Shown piece after piece: positions 29,281 through 44,160 of a DNA stretch of 64,000 bases (position 1 is its first letter; each line of letters starts with the position of its first letter). Under the pieces are notes generated by a model. That model was not told where the DNA came from. It made no database searches and saw only the letters and a list, made by a program, of their open reading frames with translations. The stretch is from assembly GCF_009914755.1 (NCBI RefSeq), contig NC_060936.1. One strand, 5' to 3'. This DNA is from the human T2T-CHM13v2.0 reference genome, Homo sapiens. The translations under genes were made by a program, and so were the position numbers.

Positions 29281-29689
29281 ATAGTCTGTACTCGGTAATG
29301 AGTGATAATTGGGGACTGAAGAAAATGAACACGTTAAGAACTAATATGTTCCTGAAGTGCTTTCACAACTCTAACCTCGTTTTATGAGCGTGAGCTTTGC
29401 TGTCCTGGTGTGTGCCTTGGCACTGGGAGGTGATGGTTGTCCTCCACACAGCCAACCTGAAGAGGGCTGAACAAGTCGCTGCAAATGTTTTTAATAGGGC
29501 TTAGTGAATCCGTTATACTCAGATTTATCTAAACCTCTATGATTTAGCCTGTGCTGCTTCTGGAATAATGAGATCCATAATTACCACTGATGGGGAAGTG
29601 AAATAATACTTAACGTTTCTTCTGTATTGTTTAGTGTTGTCATTCTAGAGTTTGGTCACCAAATCTGTCTTTTTTATCCCACTTACCCT

Positions 29690-31010
29690 GGTGGGAGGAA
29701 AAGTGAGGAGATAGAAAGTTTCAGGTGGCTTGGGGGTCTGGCAGATGTGGTTCAAATCCTGAGTTCAAGCACTTGCTGAGTGACCTTGGGCAAGTCATAT
29801 AAGTTTACTGAGTCTCAGTTTCTTTCTCTATAAAATAGAGCTTATAAAAATACCACACAGGGTTTTTGTGGGGTTATCTGAAAACGGTTTGAAACCATTA
29901 AAGAACTGGCCATTTAACTAATAGGTATTCAAGTCATGGGACCTCCGTTACCCAGCCTCGGAAGAGAAACCTTTACTTACAGCCCCGATGTCTGGCTGGC
30001 TCCTCATTCATTCATCAGATTTTTGTTGAATGCCTATGAGGTGTTGAAGCACCTAGTTCTGAGTCCTGGAGCCAGAGAAGAGCAAGACAGACAAGGTTCC
30101 TCTATTTATGGAATGTATATTCCAGTGAGGAAGAATAAATAGGTTCAGATGGTGCTAAGAGCTATGAATAAATTAAATACAGAGTAATGTGATTTTTAAA
30201 AAGTGACTTAGAGCAAGCTAGGGGGTGAGGAGTGGGGGTGGTGTTTGACCACTGTCCAGCGGCCAGACAGCCGGAGAGGCTTCTCTGAGGAGGTGAGCCA
30301 AAGCCTGGATATTGAGGAGGACTCCTTCTCCAGGCCAAGGGGAGCAGCAAGTGCAAGGCCCGAGCTGAGTAGATGAGGCTGGGAGCCAGACCAGTCTCAG
30401 GCTGACCAGTGCTCTGTCTTGAGAGGAGCTGCTGGTCAGCTTTTTGTCTTGGGATTCAGAACGAGGAGACATGAAGACTTTTTACTTGGCAGTGGGAGCT
30501 GAAGCTGAAAGGTCCAGGGGCTGATGAGGCCACGTGTAAGCGAAAGTTTGGGATAAGCAGAAACCGAGTGCGCTGAGGGAGTGAGATTGTGGCTGTATCC
30601 GGCGCCTGGCTGAGCAGGAGAGTGAACCCCGTGGGTGTGTGTTTGCTGGTGACGTTCCTGGAGCTGTCTTGAAGTCCGAGCTGCCTTGCAGCTCTAGTCT
30701 GCTTCTGTTTTTGGCTTTCCCAGATAGTTTCAATTCTTACTCTCAGTTTGTGAACCTCCCTTCAGTGAACCTCCCTTTACTTATGCTGGATATCTCTTGC
30801 GACTGGATGAGCTTCACTAAAGCACAGTCATTTGGATCTGGATTCGAATCCCTGGTTTTCCACTTTTTAGCTGTGAGTTTGAGCAATTATTTAATTTCTG
30901 TAAGCATCAGTATCCAGTAGCTGTATCCTTATAGTGTTGTACAGATTAAATGAGATAATAAAAGCAAAAGACCACTGTAGAGTGTTTAACACATAGGAGG
31001 TACTCAAAAA
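29690..31010. mobile_element. Cluster of MIR and L2 fragments
   Basis: GTGACCTTGGGCAAGTCA..CTCAGTTTC (MIR); CATTCATTCA..TTGAATGCCTA (L2); GATTAAATGAGATAAT (MIR). Confidence 0.65.
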
Positions 31011-31176
31011 TTTGTTAGGTACCTTTCCTCCCCTTTCCTTCATGTGTTAAAGCTTTTTCAGTACATACCCCTCTCTCAGGATTGAATTGTAAGTCATATT
31101 TTTTAATTACCCTTCTTGTAATAATTCCTCTACCTCTGTAGTCATGTTTTTCTTTTTTCATTTTGTCTTGTCCCCA

Positions 31177-31282
31177 GAATGTCTAACAAAACAGCCAAAT
31201 ATACCTCTGTAAAGACAGAGGGTAAAATAATGCTAGTTCTGTGAGTTCTCTCTTCTTGTGCAAATCCATAAACTGCCACCAA
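31177..31282 (-). ncRNA. SNORA75: 5'-truncated retrocopy of H/ACA snoRNA SNORA75 (U23); probably a pseudogene
   Basis: Reverse strand reads GTGGCAGTTTATGGATTTGCACAAGAAGAGAGAACTCACAGAACTAGCATTATTTTACC..TTTACAGAGGTATATTT..AGACATTC. H box AGAGAA, ACA 3 nt from the end, A-rich tail, 11-bp TSD. Confidence 0.85.
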
Positions 31283-31871
31283 TCTGTAGTCATTTTAATT
31301 GCCCCTAAACCGAAGAGCATCATGGCAACTACCTTTCCCCTCATAGAGTGACACTATCACTAGTCTTATTGAGGCCAAAGTTATAAAGATGGGCTCTCGA
31401 TCTACTAATATTAGTAAAATGGGTTTGGGACTTACTAACATTTGTGCTTAGAAGAGACAGACCTGGCAAAGAGCTTGGAGAAGTGAGTTCCAAAGAGAGA
31501 GGTGTGGGAACCAGGATGGAAGAGTCAGGCCTCCAGATAGCGTTTACTTCTCCTTTCTTCCTTGAATCACTGTCTCAGAGATAATTAGGTTCAGAAGAGG
31601 AGGAAAAAAAAGATGACGTCAACATGGAGCAGAGTTTTTCTTAGACCTTAGCCTAGCAAGGAAAGAGAAATGCCTGGTCTCAGTGCTGGGAAGCTGTTTC
31701 AGCCAGAGCCCCGTGGCTGTGAAGAGAGCTCTCCTGTCTGGAGCCAAACAGAAAGCTCATAGGTCTTGAGGCCAGAAAAGTTAGTAGGTGGCGGCTCTGG
31801 TCGGTGCTGGAAATGGAGGCCAGGATGAACTAAGAAGCAAACTAAAGATACTTGTAATATAAGGACGTGTA

Positions 31872-32171
31872 GGCTGGGTGCAGTGGCTCACGCCTGTAAT
31901 CCCAGCACTTCGGGAGGCCAAGGCGGGCGGATCACGAGGTCAGGAGATCGAGACCATCCTGGCTAACGCGGTGAAACCCCGTCTCTACCAAAAAAAAAAA
32001 AAAAAATTAGCCGGCCGTGGTGGCGGGCGCCTGTAGTCCCAGCTACTCGGGAGGCTGAGGCAGGAGAATGGTGTGAACCCGGGAGGCGAGCTTGCAGTGA
32101 GCCGAGATCGCGCCACTGCACTCCAGCCTGGGTGACAGAGTGAGACTCTGTCTGGGAAAAAAAAAAAAAAA
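31872..32171 (+). mobile_element. AluY
   Basis: Full length, TSD ATAAGGACGTGTA. Confidence 0.95.
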
Positions 32172-32623
32172 GATAAGGACGTGTATGTTAACTTGCGCTA
32201 TCCAAACAAGCTGTGCTTATGGTCCTCTGCCTGTGCGTCATGATTTTCCAGGACTTCACAACGGGATAAAGTGAAGTAGCTTCGGCTTGTGAATGTGCAT
32301 TGCAGAGACGTGGGAGAAGAAAGCTGCAAAAGTCATTATGAGCAACACCCTTGATCTTAGGGGTGCTGGTCTTTGAGAAGAGAGCTCTAAGCCTTTTGTA
32401 GAGGTATTAGAAAGGTATCGGCGCCACGGTGAAATGCAGGGGAGATTGGGTTTAGGGGCTTTCCTGGTCTGCATTCTGCTACAGCCGTTAAATGCCGCTA
32501 GATGGAGTGCGTGATTCTGGTATGGCCTCATGTGGACCTGCGAAGGATGGAGAGAACATGGTCTCTGCTTCCCAGAATAAAAGGAGAAATTTGGTAACAA
32601 GTGTGGAGACTGCTCTTAAATAA

Positions 32624-32866
<243 letters not shown>

Positions 32867-33002
32867 TGAAAAGGACAACTTAACGGCAGCTGTGCTAGCT
32901 TTTCCTGTTTGCCCATCCAGAGATTTTCATAGTATGAAGTTGGGCAGAATAGTTGCTCTCAGTTTATCTTTCTGAGTAATAGTCACTTCCTCTATTAAAG
33001 TC

Positions 33003-33300
33003 TTTTTTTTTTTTTTTTTTTTTTGAGACGGAGTCTCGCTGTGTCGCCCAGGCCGGAGTGCAGTGGGACGATCTCGGCTCACTGCAAGCTCCGCCTCCCG
33101 GGTTCACGTCATTCTCCTGCCTCAGCCTCCTGAGTTGCTGGGACTACAGGTGCCCGCCGCCATGCCCGGCTAATTTTTTGTAGTTTTAATAGAGACAGGG
33201 TTTCACCGTGTTAGCCAGGATGATCTCAGTCTCCTGACCTCGTGATCCGCCCACTTCGGCCTCCCAAAGTGCTAGGATTACAGGCATGAGCCACCGTGCC
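33003..33300 (-). mobile_element. AluY
   Basis: Reverse, long T tract, TSD TAAAGTCTT. Confidence 0.95.
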
Positions 33301-33637
33301 TAAAGTCTTAAACATAGCTCTGTGGTCTGAGAAAAATTAGGCTGAAGTCATTGGTGCCTACCTATTACGGTAGATGAGATGGCTTTCTTACCAACTCTTT
33401 TCCCTCCGGTTCCCCATCCTTCAAATATAATTCTAAGTTTTAGTCTCTGCTGAGTGAACCAGTGTGTTATGATTATGTTTTGAACATAATTTTGTCTTGA
33501 ACAATATGTCTTAATATTCTGTTTTCTCTAGTTAATAATTGCCCTTTTAAAGTTAGTTTAGTTTTTAATATACCTATGCCAGTTCCTCCCACATCATCCA
33601 GTGGCCTCTCAATATGATTTTCCATACAGATAACTCC

Positions 33638-34190
33638 TGTCTTAGTCGGCCAGGACTGCCATAGTAAAATACCATAGACTGGGTGACTTAACAGGAATTT
33701 ATTTTCTCACCATTCTGGAGGCTGGAAAGTTGAAGATCCAGATTCTGGCAGGGTTCTGGTTCTGGGGAGGGGGTCTCTTCCTGGCTTGCAGATGGCTGCG
33801 TTCTTATTGTGGAGCAAGAAAAGAGGAGGAGGAGAAAAACAAATCTTTGGTGTCTCTTTCTCTTTTATGAGGACAAGGGCTGCTCCCTTATGGCTGCTCC
33901 GTTATGACCTCCTTTACCCTTGAAGGCCAGATCTGTAGTACAGTCACATGGCGGGGTTAGGATTTCAACATATGTTTGTTTGTTAAGATGGGCAGTCTCA
34001 CTATGTGGCCCAGGCTGGTCTCGAACTCAAGCGATCCTCCCCTCTCAGCCTCCCAAGTACCTGGTGGCTGGCAAGATCCAAGATTACTGGTGCACACCAC
34101 CATACACAGCTTCTTTTGTTTTGTTTTTGTTCTTTAAAAACTTTTTTTTAACATGCATTTTGGTGGGGATACAATTCAGTCCACAGCAGT
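33638..34190 (-). mobile_element. MLT1 LTR interrupted by an Alu monomer (about 33975-34110)
   Basis: AAAATACCATAGACTGGGTGACTTAA..TTCTGGAGGCTGGAAAGT..GGGGATACAATTCAGTCCACAGCA. Confidence 0.7.
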
Positions 34191-35074
34191 GACCAATTCC
34201 ATTTTTACCTTGGAGCCCTCCTGGAATCCTCCATCCTTTCCGTGTCATTTGAATTAGTTACTCCTCAGACTGACTTGACAGATTTCAGCATGAGTGTTAG
34301 TGGGGACAGACGGCCGCACCCACACCACGTCAGGGTATATGTCCGTTTGGAGGCTTTCCTCAAACGTCTGGCAGCCCTGGACTGCCTGTGTATGCTGAAG
34401 AAGAGGGCACAGAAAGGCTGAGTCTGCAGGGCAGGCTGGCTGTGGCTGCCAGGCTGGGCTCCTTTGTTGGGGGCCTCCAGTTGCCAGCACATCTGTGGGA
34501 TTTTCCCTAGAGTCTTCGGTCTCTCCAGAGCAGGTGCCTCTGAGCTCTGGCCCAGCAGGTACAGACGCTGAAGCCCAATAGCCGGTCTTCCGGGAGGTGG
34601 TCTGGGGAAGGGGATCCAGGTGGAGAGTCCCCCTCAGTGCCTGCTTTCAGCCTGACCCTCCTCTCCCTCCCTCTTGCCTCCTCAATCTGCCAGTTGCCTC
34701 CAGGGCTCTCCTAGCTCAGCTTCCACTTAGAGCCCACTTCCTGTGTTCTGCAAGGAGCAGGAGCAGGGATTGCAACCTGGGAATCTAATTGTTCTTAAAC
34801 AGAATTTCAACCCGTCCCTTTGTTTTCAGTGGCCTGCTGTGTTCCTACCACTTCCTGAGTCTTTCTGAGAATGAGTGGGGGAGATCTCTGGGGACACTTG
34901 GGCTTGAGTGTCTCTGCCGAATCACTTCCATGTCTCTGCCTTCTTTCCCTCTCTCCTAAAACATATTACTCCTTCCACTTTCTTTGTTTTTGTGGGTGTA
35001 AGCCTCCATATTACTTTGGTTAATTTTAGTGTGCTTTGGAACACAGATGAGTGCATGTTCATTCTGCCTTGTTT

Positions 35075-35363
35075 AATTTTAGAGACAGGGTGTCGCTCTG
35101 TTGCCCAGGGCCGAGTGCAGTGTTAAGATCATGGTTCACTGCAGCCTCGACCTTCTGGCATCAAGTGATCTTCCCACGTCAGCCTCCTGAGCAGCTGGGA
35201 CTACAGGTGTGCGCCATCACACCTAGCTAATTTTTTAATTTGTAGAAATGAGATCTCACTATGCTGCTCAGGCCGGTGGTCTTAAACCCCTAGGCTCAAG
35301 CAATCCTCCCTCCTTGGCCTCCCATAGTGCTGAGATGACAGGCGTGAGCCACTGTACCTGACC
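35075..35363 (-). mobile_element. AluJ
   Basis: Diverged reverse Alu. Confidence 0.88.
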
Positions 35364-37024
35364 CCTTTTACCTTGTTTAGCCTGACAACCCATCTTCTCC
35401 CTCTCAGGTCTTTCCATCTCAGTCTTCTGCACTCCAGGCTTCTGCATCTTCCTCCTATGCTCAGCCTTTAATTGTCGATGTTTCTGGTTCTATAGCTTCA
35501 TCTTCTTGTGTGCACTCTCTGTGAATGTACCCTGTGGCTTTATTACCTTTGACATTCTTCTGTCTTCTAAATCATCTCCTGAATAGAGTGTTTTCTCCTG
35601 TCCTGGGTGTCCCCCAGCCCATAGGAGCAGCCATGCTGTGGGACACCCTGAGTGGGGTCTGTGTTACCTGTTGTGCCTACCATGCCCTTCCCCGCCTTGG
35701 ATGCACAGGTGCCCCACCTTAGCTGCCCGAGATGCTGTTTATCCTTGATAGTCACCTTTTAAGCCTTATACAGGTCTATCAAGTTGAGTCACCATTACCA
35801 CTTGGTGTGTGCTGTGCCTTGTGTAACACTGCAGTTCCGGGAGTCCTCCAACCTGGAATGCATGCTTTGCGGGGATCTATGATGCCCTCGAATTGTATGT
35901 TACATGTGAACCTGTGAGCATTTTCTAGGGGCTCTGCACCTTTGTGTTCTCAGCTCTGAGCCCCATGCTTGCTGCAACCAGCAGGTGTTCAGAGTGAATG
36001 AATTTGCTTATCTTGGCATAAATCATGTAACTGTTGATGATACCCCAGGAAGGTGAGCCTTTGGTTATAAATCCTTTTAACATTTTCCAGTCTAAAAGTT
36101 TTGTGGTCTTATTACAGGATGTAGAAAACAGTGGGCCTCAGTTATTCTTTTGCTGTTGTGCCGGAGTATACCACGGTTGTTTTTGAAAGATAACTTTGAC
36201 CATACCCTTAGGAACTTCCTCAGCTCACTTTCAAATGGAGGGCACTGGCTTTCTAACCATTGTGTCTCCCAGCCCAGTGACAGCTGAAGCTGACTGCTTC
36301 CGATATCACAGGCAGCACAGAAGAGCCGCCCTCCAGGTGCTGCTGGGAAATGCTGCCTGGAACTCTTTGCCATTTACTTTCTATCAAAAGCTGAGGGAAA
36401 TGGTACATATGGGGCTTTCCTAAAAATATGGGATCCATCCATTTGTCAGCAATGTCATTCTATCCTATCCCAGGGCCTTTCAAGATTTTGGTGAAAACTA
36501 ATAGATCCCATATTCCAGAATAATGCTATTAATAATTTTATTATTATTACTTAATGATAGCAAAAAGTTAGCTAACTCCAACCGCTCACTTGTTATTTGC
36601 CAGGTAATCCTCTAATCCAGAGGATTTGGCCTTTTGTGTGTGTTAATGTCCTGCTTGCACCAGCTCTATGAGGAAGGTGCTGCTGTTGTCATTTCCATTT
36701 CTGCACTCGTGGAAACAAGCGTAGTGAGGCCAGCCTGAGCCACAGAGCTGCAGGTAGGGGAGGCAGCTGGAACCCTGGCGCCTGGCTGTGGAGTTTGAGG
36801 CTCTGACTCCTGCGCCGCGCTGCTGCCCCAACCCTAGTCATACGAGGTGTTTCACCCCGCCCTGGATACTCTGAGATCCCCTCTGGGTTCAGCAGGCTCA
36901 GAGAGCTGACTGCCTGGAGCAGAAGGCATGGGGTCCTCCAGAGACTCCCCTGAGCTGAGTTCCCCTGTGGACACCAGGGCCGCCTCCTTGTGGCGCTCCC
37001 TGAAGGGTCCTCTCTGGAAGAACT

Positions 37025-37425
37025 GTATTGGTTCCCTGGGGCTGCTAGAGGAAAGCTTCACAAACTGGGGCTTAAACAACAGAAACTGACATCCCACAGC
37101 GCTGGAGGCTGGAGTCCGAGATCAAGGTGTCAGCATGCTTGGTCCCTTCTGAGGGTCGCGAGGGAAAGATCTCTTCAGGCCCCTTTCCTTGGCTTATAGG
37201 TGGCGTGTTCTCCTTGGGTATCATGACATCGCCTGCCTTCTGTGCATGTCTGCATCCACGTGTCCCCTTTCCAATAAGGATATTAGCCCTTTAGGCTGGG
37301 TCCCGTCCTAGTAGTCTCATCTTAACTAATTACATTTGTGACAGTCCTATTTCCAGATAAGGCCACATTCTGAGATGCTGGGGGTTAGGATTTCAACACA
37401 GGAATTTGGAGGAATACAATTCAAT
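37025..37425 (-). mobile_element. MLT1 LTR
   Basis: CACAAACTGGGGCTTAAACAACAGAAA..GGAGGCTGGAGTCCGAGATCAAGGTGTCAGCA..GGGGTTAGGATTTCAACA. Confidence 0.75.
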
Positions 37426-37479
37426 CAGGCTTATGGAAAATTCTGGTCTTAAGTCAAGAGTAGTGTTCTCCAGTCTGTA

Positions 37480-37595
37480 TGTGGAGGCGCACACCTATGG
37501 TCCCAGCCACTTGGGAGGCTGAGGCCAGAGAATTGTGTGAGCCCAGGAGTTCCATACCAGCCTGGGCAACATAGCAAGACCTCCTCTCAAAAACA
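37480..37595 (+). mobile_element. Alu monomer (FLAM-like)
   Basis: TCCCAGCCACTTGGGAGGCTGAGG..CCAGCCTGGGCAACATAGCAAGACC. Confidence 0.75.
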
Positions 37596-38124
37596 GACAA
37601 AAAAAGTGGTGTTCCAGAGTGATTAGTTTGCTTTAAAAAAAAAAAACAAAAAAACAAAAAAAAAAAAACACAAACCGTAAACACTGGCACTCGTGACTGA
37701 TCATCCTGTATCCACGCACGAGCTGCACGAAGGCCGCGCGGTCACTGTGGCTCCCCGTTGGCGAGTACCTGGGATTTCTTGCTCAGCAGTTTGGGGCCTT
37801 AATTCTTTTAGGGGACTTTTTGTCTAATGTCTCCCCTTCTTCTAATTATGTGCGATATTTACATAGAATCTGATAAACTGCTTCAAATTTGTTTTCAGAA
37901 CAGTGAGCTGGATAATTAAAGAAGCTTTTTCCTGCTTCTTGGGCCCAGTTTCCATTTCTTCCTTTTTTCTGTTTTTCCTGACTATTCTAGTGCTAATTTC
38001 CTTCCTTTCCTTTCCTAGGCTGGCCTTAGAGCATCCTCTCCTATGTACAGCCAGACCTTCTTTCAAGCTTTTATTAAAATGGGGAAAGGTCATTTGGGAG
38101 GCTTTGTTGTTTTCCTGTTTCTAA

Positions 38125-38640
<516 letters not shown>

Positions 38641-38915
38641 TGATCGTTGCCATTGGCAGCATGGTTCAATGGCTGCAAATGGATCTGATGGAGAGCGTGT
38701 GGCTTTGGGAGGAGCGTGCCGCCTTCCACAGTGAGCAGCGAGGCTGGGACCTGCAGGGATGAGGTCCCGGGAGGGGATGCGGCAGCCCTTGAGTGCTGGT
38801 TGGGGAAGGAGAGCTGCCCCCAGTGAGGAGGCGCCGGGCTGAGTGGCCCAGACTCCTTAGGAGACGCCTGGTTTTGGGCTTCCTGGTGATTTTCCTTCAT
38901 GTCTGCCTCCTGTAG

Positions 38916-39459
<544 letters not shown>

Positions 39460-42264
39460 TGAGACAGAGGCGGTAGCACTACCCTGCCCCAGGCCAGGGG
39501 ACACCCTTGAAGACAGCTCTTTCCCTCATGCCACAGATGCCATGAAGCACCTGGCAAGAGGCATGGTGGCCTCTGCCCTCTGCTCTAAGCCGGGTCCCTC
39601 CTAGGGTCCATGAGTGCCAGTGGCAGTGAGGACAGTCACCGGCCTGGCCTGTGTCCTCTCAGCTGTCCTCACAGCAGCTCAGGCAGGGCAGGAACATTTG
39701 CGTCTGCACCTTATACACAAGGAGGCTGCAGCCCCACAAGGAGAGACTCCTTGGCTGAGGCCACAAGCCTCGGCAGTGGAGAGCTGGGCTAGAACTCAGC
39801 CGGCCTGGCTCTAGATCTCAGGCTCTGAGGCAGCTGACTGCACTGGGTAACCTTTGAGGTGCCAACCGTCAAGGCGTCCTTAGCCTGAGCTTTCCTTCTC
39901 CCATAAAGCCTCTGTTGGTCCAGACTCAAGGTTTCCACTTGATGAGCCATGAGCTGCTGGGTGACTTAGCCCTGAGCAGGCCACCCAGGCCATTTCGGGC
40001 CCACAGGATCCCTGGTGACAGCCCCGTTCCCATTCACACTGGAACCTCACCACCATCCCTGAGTGTCTGCTCTGAGTATGGCACTGTCCAGATGCTGTGG
40101 ACGTAGAAGGGAAGAAGACATGGAGGGGACAGTTAATAGACATGAAAACAAATAGCACCTATGTGAAGTCAGCATGTTTGCCTACAAGGAAAACAAAATG
40201 GTGATGTGGATGGGGTGGGGGGCTGCACCTGATGATGAGTCCCGTGTGTCCTGTGACATCCTGGCCACCACATCTGTGGGAGGGTAACTGCAAGACCAGA
40301 GACCCTCCGTGGATATTCCTGAAGGTTCATCCCCGGCCTTCACGGTCTGTCTGCAGGGCGCCTTCTGACGCCACCTCCAGCCGCCATCCACCAGACGCCA
40401 GCTTCCCCGCTGCCCTGAACTTCCTCCAGCGCACCAGGCCTTCCTCTGTCCTGTCTGAGGATTTGCTCATGCAACGTGCTGTGGCCAAACACCCTGCCCT
40501 CCTCCCTTCGCAGATGTCTTCCTCTCCTTTAAGGCCTGGCTCAGGTGTCGTCTTGGTGGCTTCCGGTGTCAGCTGCTCTGTTTTGCTCACGCACCTGCTT
40601 GTGCTTCTGTTGTTGCCTCCTCTCCCTGGCTGGGCTCGAGCTGCTTCAGGGCAGGAACCACGTCTTTATAGTTTGATGTTCCCAGAGCTGACCCAGTGTT
40701 TGGCATAGAGGTGTGCTCAATAAAATCGAGTTGACATGAATGAGCAGATGCTGCCTCGTTGCAGTCTGGTAGTGTAATTCCAGGCTGCCCATGTGGACTT
40801 CGACTTCTGCCCCTGCCCAGGGCAGAGACCACCGTGTTGCTTTATGCCTCGCTGGTGAGAGGGGGTCATAAACAGTTTGTGCTCCATGAACCGTTCCTGC
40901 CCACCTCCAAGGTCGTGTTTCTGCTCCCTCTCTTCTCCCTTAGAGCCCATGGGGACAAGGCAGAGAACTTGAGTGGAGATGAAGGTGGTGAATATTAGAG
41001 GAACAAAGTGCTCCTTCAGGTCTGGGCAAGAGCCGTGGATCCTGTAGGTCAGCTTCCGGGGCTTCCCATGCCCTCACGTTTCAGGAGATAACGTGAGCCT
41101 CAGAGGACCTGAGTTCTGAATAGAAAATTTTTGCGCTTCATTTCTTCACACACCCAGCCTCTCAGTGAGCTCCTGCTGGCTTTGTCCAGCATGCGACATA
41201 AGATTGAATCCAAGCCTTTTAAGATAGAGCCGCCTGCTCTTTAGTGACCATGAAGCCAAGCCTGTAATAATTACTCTTCTGATAGCCCAAGACAATTGTA
41301 TTCTGCTTTGTTAGAAAGGAATTTCGAGGTGAACAAAAATGTTTTCTTTTTATGTGATGTTGCCATAGGTGGCGTGTGCCTGTCAGATGGTTTTGTGTTT
41401 TCTGAGGAGCATAGACTAGTAGAGCTAGCTCAGCTTCAGGCCATGGGATGCAGGGCTGGCTTCCCTGCCAACGCCTGGCGCTGATGGATTCTTCCCGCAT
41501 TGCTGGAAAGGGCAGACTGAGGCGCTGACAAAAGAAGAGTTGTAGCTGGTCATAAGTGACAGCATCCTCTGTTCACTCGATTGGTCAGTTGTAGCTTCAT
41601 CCAGGAGATGGTCATGGGGTTCCTGCTGCATACCAAGCTCTAGGTGAGGCCACGGGGACTCAGCAGAAACAAGGCCGACCTGGGTCCTCCCTTGTGGACA
41701 TGACAGTCTGGGGAGATAGACCGAGAGGAAGCAATTTTGAATGAGATGGGTGTGAAGGGGCCATGAATCTGTGTCAGAGCAGCCAGACCTACCAGGGAAG
41801 GTCAAAGAAGGCTTCCTGGAGGAGGTGATGTTTCTGCTGCTATCTCAGAGTTGACTGGGAGCTGGTGAGGGGAGACAACATTCCAGGCACAGAACATCCG
41901 AAGGCCCGAGATGATGAAGAGCAAATATCCACCCTGGGGCCTCAGAGGGGTCCAGCTTGCTGGAGGGAGGGCAGAGAGGAGAGCAGCCTGCCATGAGTCC
42001 CGAGGCTTCCAACTCAAGACTTGGGTTTGGGGTGCTGAGCTCATGTCTCCTTTTTACATTTCCCTACCCACAGACCTGAGCGGCCACGGGAGGTTGGGGT
42101 TGGCATTTGCCTGGGGGAGTTTCTGAGCAAGCAGCACCTGCTACCTTGGTGGAACCCATTGCTGGGAATGGCCAGGGCTCAGCACCAGCGCTCAGCAGAT
42201 GCTCAGTGCGTTTTGCTGAGTTTGCTGAGGGAAGACTGTTTTCTGTTCTCTCTCACACACACAG

Positions 42265-42310
42265 AGTGGATGAGGATGAGGATGACCTGGAGGAAGAACA
42301 CATAACTAAG
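42265..42310 (+). pseudogene. DDX12B: DDX11-like exon 6
   Basis: VDEDEDDLEEEHITK. Confidence 0.93.
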
Positions 42311-42505
42311 GTAACACGAGTGTCCTCAGCTGGTGCTGTGCTGGGGGCTGTGGGCTGGGCTGTGTACCCTTGGGGAAGAGGCTGGAGTCACTCGGCTACT
42401 TCTCACCCTCCTCTCCACAAAGGAGGAGCTTCCAGCACTTGGACTCTGTTGCTTCTTGCACGCAACCCTGGTCCTGAGTTGTTCCCTTGGCCAGCTGCAG
42501 TGGAC

Positions 42506-42661
42506 CCTGGAGTCCTCTCCTGGGGTCAGGGCCTGGGGAGTCCTCTCCTGGGGAGACCTTTCCTGGGAGCAGGGACCTGAGGAGACCTCTCTTGAGTTTG
42601 GGGCCTGGGGAGACATCTCCTGGGTTCGGGGCCTGGGGAGACCTCTCCTGGGGGCAGGGCC
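42506..42661 (+). repeat. G-rich minisatellite, about 28-bp unit x 5.5
   Basis: Consensus CTGGGGAGACCTCTCCTGGGNNNGGGGC. Confidence 0.85.
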
Positions 42662-42989
42662 ATGCTTGCCACCCCAGGGCATAGAGGAACAGCTGTTCTG
42701 GGCTGAAGTCTGGGTGTTTTCTGTCCCTGCTGGGTGGTGCTGGATATGACTCGTGGAAGGAGCTGCCTTTGGGGCATTCCCTTGAACTTCTGGAGCTGTG
42801 GGTGACTTGGGAATCCCTGGGTCCCTCGATAGATGCCTGACATGGGACATTGCTGTCCTGCCTCGGCTTTGTGCATTGGGAGCCACTCCCTTTCCCTCAG
42901 CCTCTCAGGCCCTGGCGTGCCTTGATGTTAGAGAATGCTGTGGGATGTTTTGGTTCCCTCTTTGAAGTGCCTTTCTTTCTCTCTGCTAG

Positions 42990-43190
<201 letters not shown>

Positions 43191-43306
43191 TGACAGGCTG
43201 AACCGTGTGAGGAGCAGCCCCCTCCCTGGCCTGGCCGGCCCATCACTGGAAGGCAAAGGAGAGGTGGCGGGGGCAGGTCCACGTGTGTTGGTAGGATGTC
43301 ATTTAG

Positions 43307-43498
<192 letters not shown>

Positions 43499-43722
43499 TG
43501 ACTGAAGACCATTCAGTGTCTTTCATAGAAAGAATGGCAGAGGAGACCCCAGTTCCTTCCTGAGTCCCCTCTCCTTGGGAAAAAGTGTTCCTACTCTCTG
43601 GGTGAGCGTCTGGTCCGAATCGTTGGCTTGGAGATGATTTTACGGGCTCTTTCTGGAGAACAAAAGTAAAACCTTAGTGTTCCGATGAGACACAGTAGGC
43701 AGTACTTGGGAGGGTCTTATAG

Positions 43723-44160
<438 letters not shown>

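Noticed and set aside
32558-32600. Upstream ATG mini-exon before DDX11-like exon 2
   Set aside because: Would be out of frame with the main ATG (stop within 4 codons of exon 2) and has no further support.
42107-42886. Cluster of overlapping 100-190 aa ORFs
   Set aside because: Produced by the stop-poor GC-rich minisatellite.
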